Shown: in pieces, positions 60,005-64,000 of the stretch
Layout: each line of letters opens with the position of its first letter
How positions within the stretch are numbered: the first letter of the stretch is position 1
Source of the DNA: Sphagnum compactum
Taxonomy: Eukaryota
Direction of reading: 5' to 3'
NCBI GenBank assembly: GCA_965153455.1
Contig: OZ234494.1
Span: forward strand, 11,904,001 to 11,968,000
Length of the DNA stretch: 64,000 nt
Translations under genes and position numbers: made by a program
Notes under the pieces: generated by a model
The model's database searches: none
What the model saw: the letters and a program-made list of their open reading frames with translations, nothing else
Told to the model about the DNA's origin: nothing

Positions 60005-63000
60005 GGTGATGACGATATCTGGATGCAGTCATTGCAATGATATCTGGAGTTGTGCAACTATTATTGTGTGAGTAAATCAATCACACACAGTCTTTCCCCC
60101 ATGGATTGCCCATGTATCTAGTACCTTCAGATTGGCTTTGTGCCTCATGAAGGAAAGAGTGTGTGGCTTTAATAGCCTTGTGACAGAAAGAGTGTGGATT
60201 TCATAGGCCTGTTCAGAGAGACTCCTTATTCTACTAAGTCTCAGGATCCTATCTGCACCTTGGATCAGATGCTGCTGAATAGCATGTACATTATCTTTTT
60301 CTGTATCTTTTGTTGTTCTGAATAATTTCTGAATTTACAGTTCAAGCCTCAAGGCCACCTCTGTGTTCATCTCTTTGCTGCCATCTATTGCTAAAACACA
60401 ATAGTTCTTGTAGTGCTGACTTTGTTGAATCTGGACAGAAGTTGTCATGTGCATACATTCTCCATCAAAGCAATTATTTACTCAATTTTCTGTGTTTTGC
60501 ATTTCACTGACCTCTGATGATGGCAGAAAGCAGGTGATTTCAAATGGTACTGGCTCTGCATCACAAGGTTTCTGTGGTATGTGGATCTTCCACAGCCACT
60601 GGTGATGGTGCCCATTTCACTGGACACTGCTTGTGGAGGTTGGAAGCTCAGAGCAAATGAAGGACATCCCAGAAATGGGCACTGCTTTTGCTCGGGGGGC
60701 AGGTGGAGTAAACTAGTAACTCTTTGGCACCAATAGCCATGTTTTAGATAGAATTCTTTGCAGTAAGAATGCAATTTTGGTTGAAGGAGAGATGCTGATA
60801 ACAAACAAAGACCAATTACAAGCAGCTTACAAGCTACCAACCCTTTCAGACTGAGATGATGGAAATGATGGAAACAGCCTTAAAACAGGAAGCATTGTAA
60901 CTCTGACATTGGAACTCCAAGCAGGAAAAAAACCCAGTTTGGACCTAATTATGAGCTGGGGGCAAAGGGAAATGCAGAATTTGAATGACTGGTCCTCAGC
61001 TTTTGCTTTTCAAGCGTGAGCAACCTGAATGCACTGGCAGGTTATCATAACCTGCCCTGCTGATGATTTCTGTACATGTCATAAAAAAAGAAATCTTTGT
61101 CAGAATCTTTGTCACAATGATTCTGAGAGAGAAATCTTCGTTTGTCAGGAAGAACGAAATACATAATTTAAATGTTCCACCACAAAGTGTGCTTTTGGCG
61201 CAGAATAATCAAATACATAGCATCAAAGCAAGTAATTCCAGAAATCTGTGCTAAAATATCTCTGTTTAAGGAAAATCATTGTGACATGTCCAAGCAGGAT
61301 GTCCGTGCTTGGAATGCCTATGACACATACATTTGGGATAAACTGAATCTGTATTGAATTTAATAATTCCATTAAAAAGGAGTTCATGACTTGTGAACAA
61401 CATGAGGTACCTCTGATATTGCAATGAAAATTTTCCTTGTTCAAATTGATAGCTAAAGCAATGGAGATGCTGTGGGCAGTTCAAAGTTTAGGGTTTAGAA
61501 AACTGTCAAACATGAAAACCTGAAACCCCCAAAACATGAACCCGAACTTTAAGCACAGGCCAAATTTTGGCTCTCAGTGGTGAGCTTTGTTGCATCAGCA
61601 CAATGGAGATCTGTACAACCACTTCCGATAATATGTGATTTCTATGTTGTGCAGAACTTGCGTAATGGAAAAAGGGTCAGCACCAGTACTCTTACAAAAG
61701 TTCAGCGCAAGCTATGAGCTGCAGGAATGGATCGCTCAAATGAAGAACACTGCTGATAAACTAGGTACCCGGAAGAGACAATAATTATGCAGCCAGTAAT
61801 CAAGGAATGGAAACTCGAGTTGAAGTTTTACATGATTTTCCTGATGTTTTTAGCTGCTCTCAGGTGGTCTGGAGTGATGAAGTTCTTGGATGTTCAACAG
61901 AACCATTTTCCAGAACAGCTGCAATTTCCTACTTCATCATTTTAGCAGCTAGCATGCCTGCAAAACAATTCAATTAAACAAGCTCAGATGTTTGGACATA
62001 AATGAGAATGAGCATAAAACGAGAGTTTCATTGTGCAAATAACTTAGGGAAAAAGCTTGCTCACTCACCCTGTCATTCAGGTGTATTATGCCAGACAACA
62101 CCACATACCTACCCCTTTCCTATATACAGACCAAGAGAGAATCCAGATTGCTCCAGAGGCAGCTGAGGAGTCTTTTCAGATCACTCAAGGTCAGAGGTAA
62201 GAAATCACACTTTTCTGATGCCATCTGTATCTGCTCTCTTATGATGTAACAACCAGCTCATGTGGATTAAGAAACATCAAGTTGGGCCAGAACTTGCCTC
62301 GAACAAAAGGGATTTCATCCACATGCTCGAACAAGATTGGCACCGATACAAACTCATGCAATAGTTGTAATTTAGAATCCACTCCCAATTTGGACTACCA
62401 GCGGCCATCTCAAATGCAGCAACTTTCTTGTTCACATCACACTAGGGATGAGCTTGACAGTCTTACAAAAATCGTGCAAACTCGTAACTCCAAGTGCTGC
62501 TGGAAATGTCATGTGTTGGGTTTCACATCATTTGGTCACTGCTTGCAGGTGCGCCACATGCTTGGTGTACCAAAATACATACGAACATACTACCAACATT
62601 TTCGACATACCAATTCACAGATCTCTTCTATTGCTGAGCTCGTTCTACCTTGTCACTTGATTTCAACTTGAATTCTACGACAATAAACCTGCTGGAAAAC
62701 AACATGAAGAATACCCATCCTGCATCCACAGAATCATGACCAGCTTAACACAGTGACTATTATGCACCAGCCAAGTTCTCTTGTGCGAAATTTTGCATCT
62801 ATGCAGCACTCCTTTTTTTTGGACTGTCGCAAGATTCCTTTTAGATGCCTTTTCGTTCACCACATTGTGAGGAGAAAAAACATGGAAGTCACCATATTTA
62901 GTAGATAGTGGGTTCTTGGAGGTCACCAAAGCATAGCAGGATTCTAGAAAATGTCTACTGTCTTCTCTGATGTGCAGCCAAATTTGGCTCTTTCCTCTTG

Positions 63001-63773
63001 TGGTTTCTTCCTCTTGTGAATGGCTGCCAATGTGGCTACATCACAAAATTGAAAACCAAAAAAAAAACCTATTATGCACATGCAAGATACAGAAAAGACC
63101 CCAAAAAAATTTCTTGCTTGATCAAAGAATGAGAGAATAAACAATCAGATGCCTCATGTTGTGGCATATGTAGATATACATGTTTCTTGCTGGATCACAG
63201 AATCACACAAGTCCTGAGCCTTGATAAGTAACCTCTACAAAAGGGATTGAGACCTTGAGAACCTTCTTCCCTTCTGCAAACCTTGAGCATTTCAGCAGCA
63301 GCAACAACTGCACAACACAAGAATGTCAACATTGGTATCCACCAACACACTTTCATCATGCATCAGGAATTTTTGAACCTCAAGAAACCCATGAAGCAGA
63401 CGTAGACTGAAAATGTACAAAAATCTGATGTTTCAGGGGCATTCACAATGTGTTGTTCAACAGTGGGTTGTGAATGTCATGCCTGCTCGTGAAACACCAG
63501 TCTTCTTGCACAATGGACCCCATTGGAACCAAAGTAAATTGGAAAAGGATGTCAGGATAGAAAGGAAAGATTGAATGGTAACTTCAGAGTTTGATCTGTG
63601 TGCTGGTGAAACCAAAAGGAAAGTCTCCTTACAGAATTTCTTGCTGTCTTTGATGTTTTTCTTTTCACTGGCCCCTTCCTTTCTGCTGCCAGGTTTTTGC
63701 CAGAAACTCTGATACACTCCAGGCAGACAGAGAGTATTTATACCTTGAAAGTGATGATGTGACTGGGGTGCAG

Positions 63774-64000
63774 GCAGAGGAAATCATGAAACACACATAT
63801 TCAGTGCTCCCCATTTATGAACAGATAATAGATGCAGTGCTGAAATTTGGAATTTGTAAGCTGTCAGAAGTCTGTAGCTTCAAACTGGGTGTCCCTGTGA
63901 GACCCATGCTCGCAAAGCCCACCACAGGAGTCTCTGAGGTTCTCAACAAGTTCCAGGACATGGACTTCACATGTGAATACAAGTATGATGGAGAGAGAGC
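63774..64000 (+). CDS. LIG1: DNA ligase I-like exon (start of the adenylation domain), continuing beyond the window
   Basis: After acceptor TGCAG it reads AEEIMKHTYSVLPIYEQIIDAVLKFGICKLSEVCSFKLGVPVRPMLAKPTTGVSEVLNKFQDMDFTCEYKYDGER, including PMLA and ligase motif I (EYKYDGER). This exon is absent from the supplied ORF track. Confidence 0.9.

Noticed and set aside
61665-61764. First coding exon of the ligase (MEKGSAPVLLQK..)
   Set aside because: Its phase-1 donor leads to stops with the acceptors tested (61864, 62081), and it has no ligase similarity.

Overview
Eukaryotic, intron-rich land-plant DNA; gene content and repeat style suggest a bryophyte, possibly Sphagnum-like (inference). Six host genes are recognisable: an RRC1/U2SURP-like splicing factor (minus, runs off the left edge), a ZIP4/IRT3-type zinc transporter (minus), an AVT6-like amino-acid transporter, PSB33/LIL8, a single-intron SYP12-type syntaxin, and the start of a DNA ligase I catalytic core (runs off the right edge). 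Between them lie AT-rich transposon-derived tracts (CACTA-like, hAT, LINE, Tourist-like MITEs, minisatellites). The most notable feature is a decayed Rep/helicase Helitron with a recognisable 3' terminus (hairpin plus CTAG). On its 5' side is a same-strand string of fragments of three unrelated host genes: ORANGE (two copies), a TrmL/SpoU methyltransferase and GDP-mannose 3,5-epimerase. Also notable are two perfect ZDRE palindromes about 7.5 kb upstream of the ZIP gene, and a LIG1-like gene with no visible N-terminal DNA-binding domain. All calls were made by eye and from recalled motifs, with no database searches. Exon boundaries are manual GT-AG assignments.
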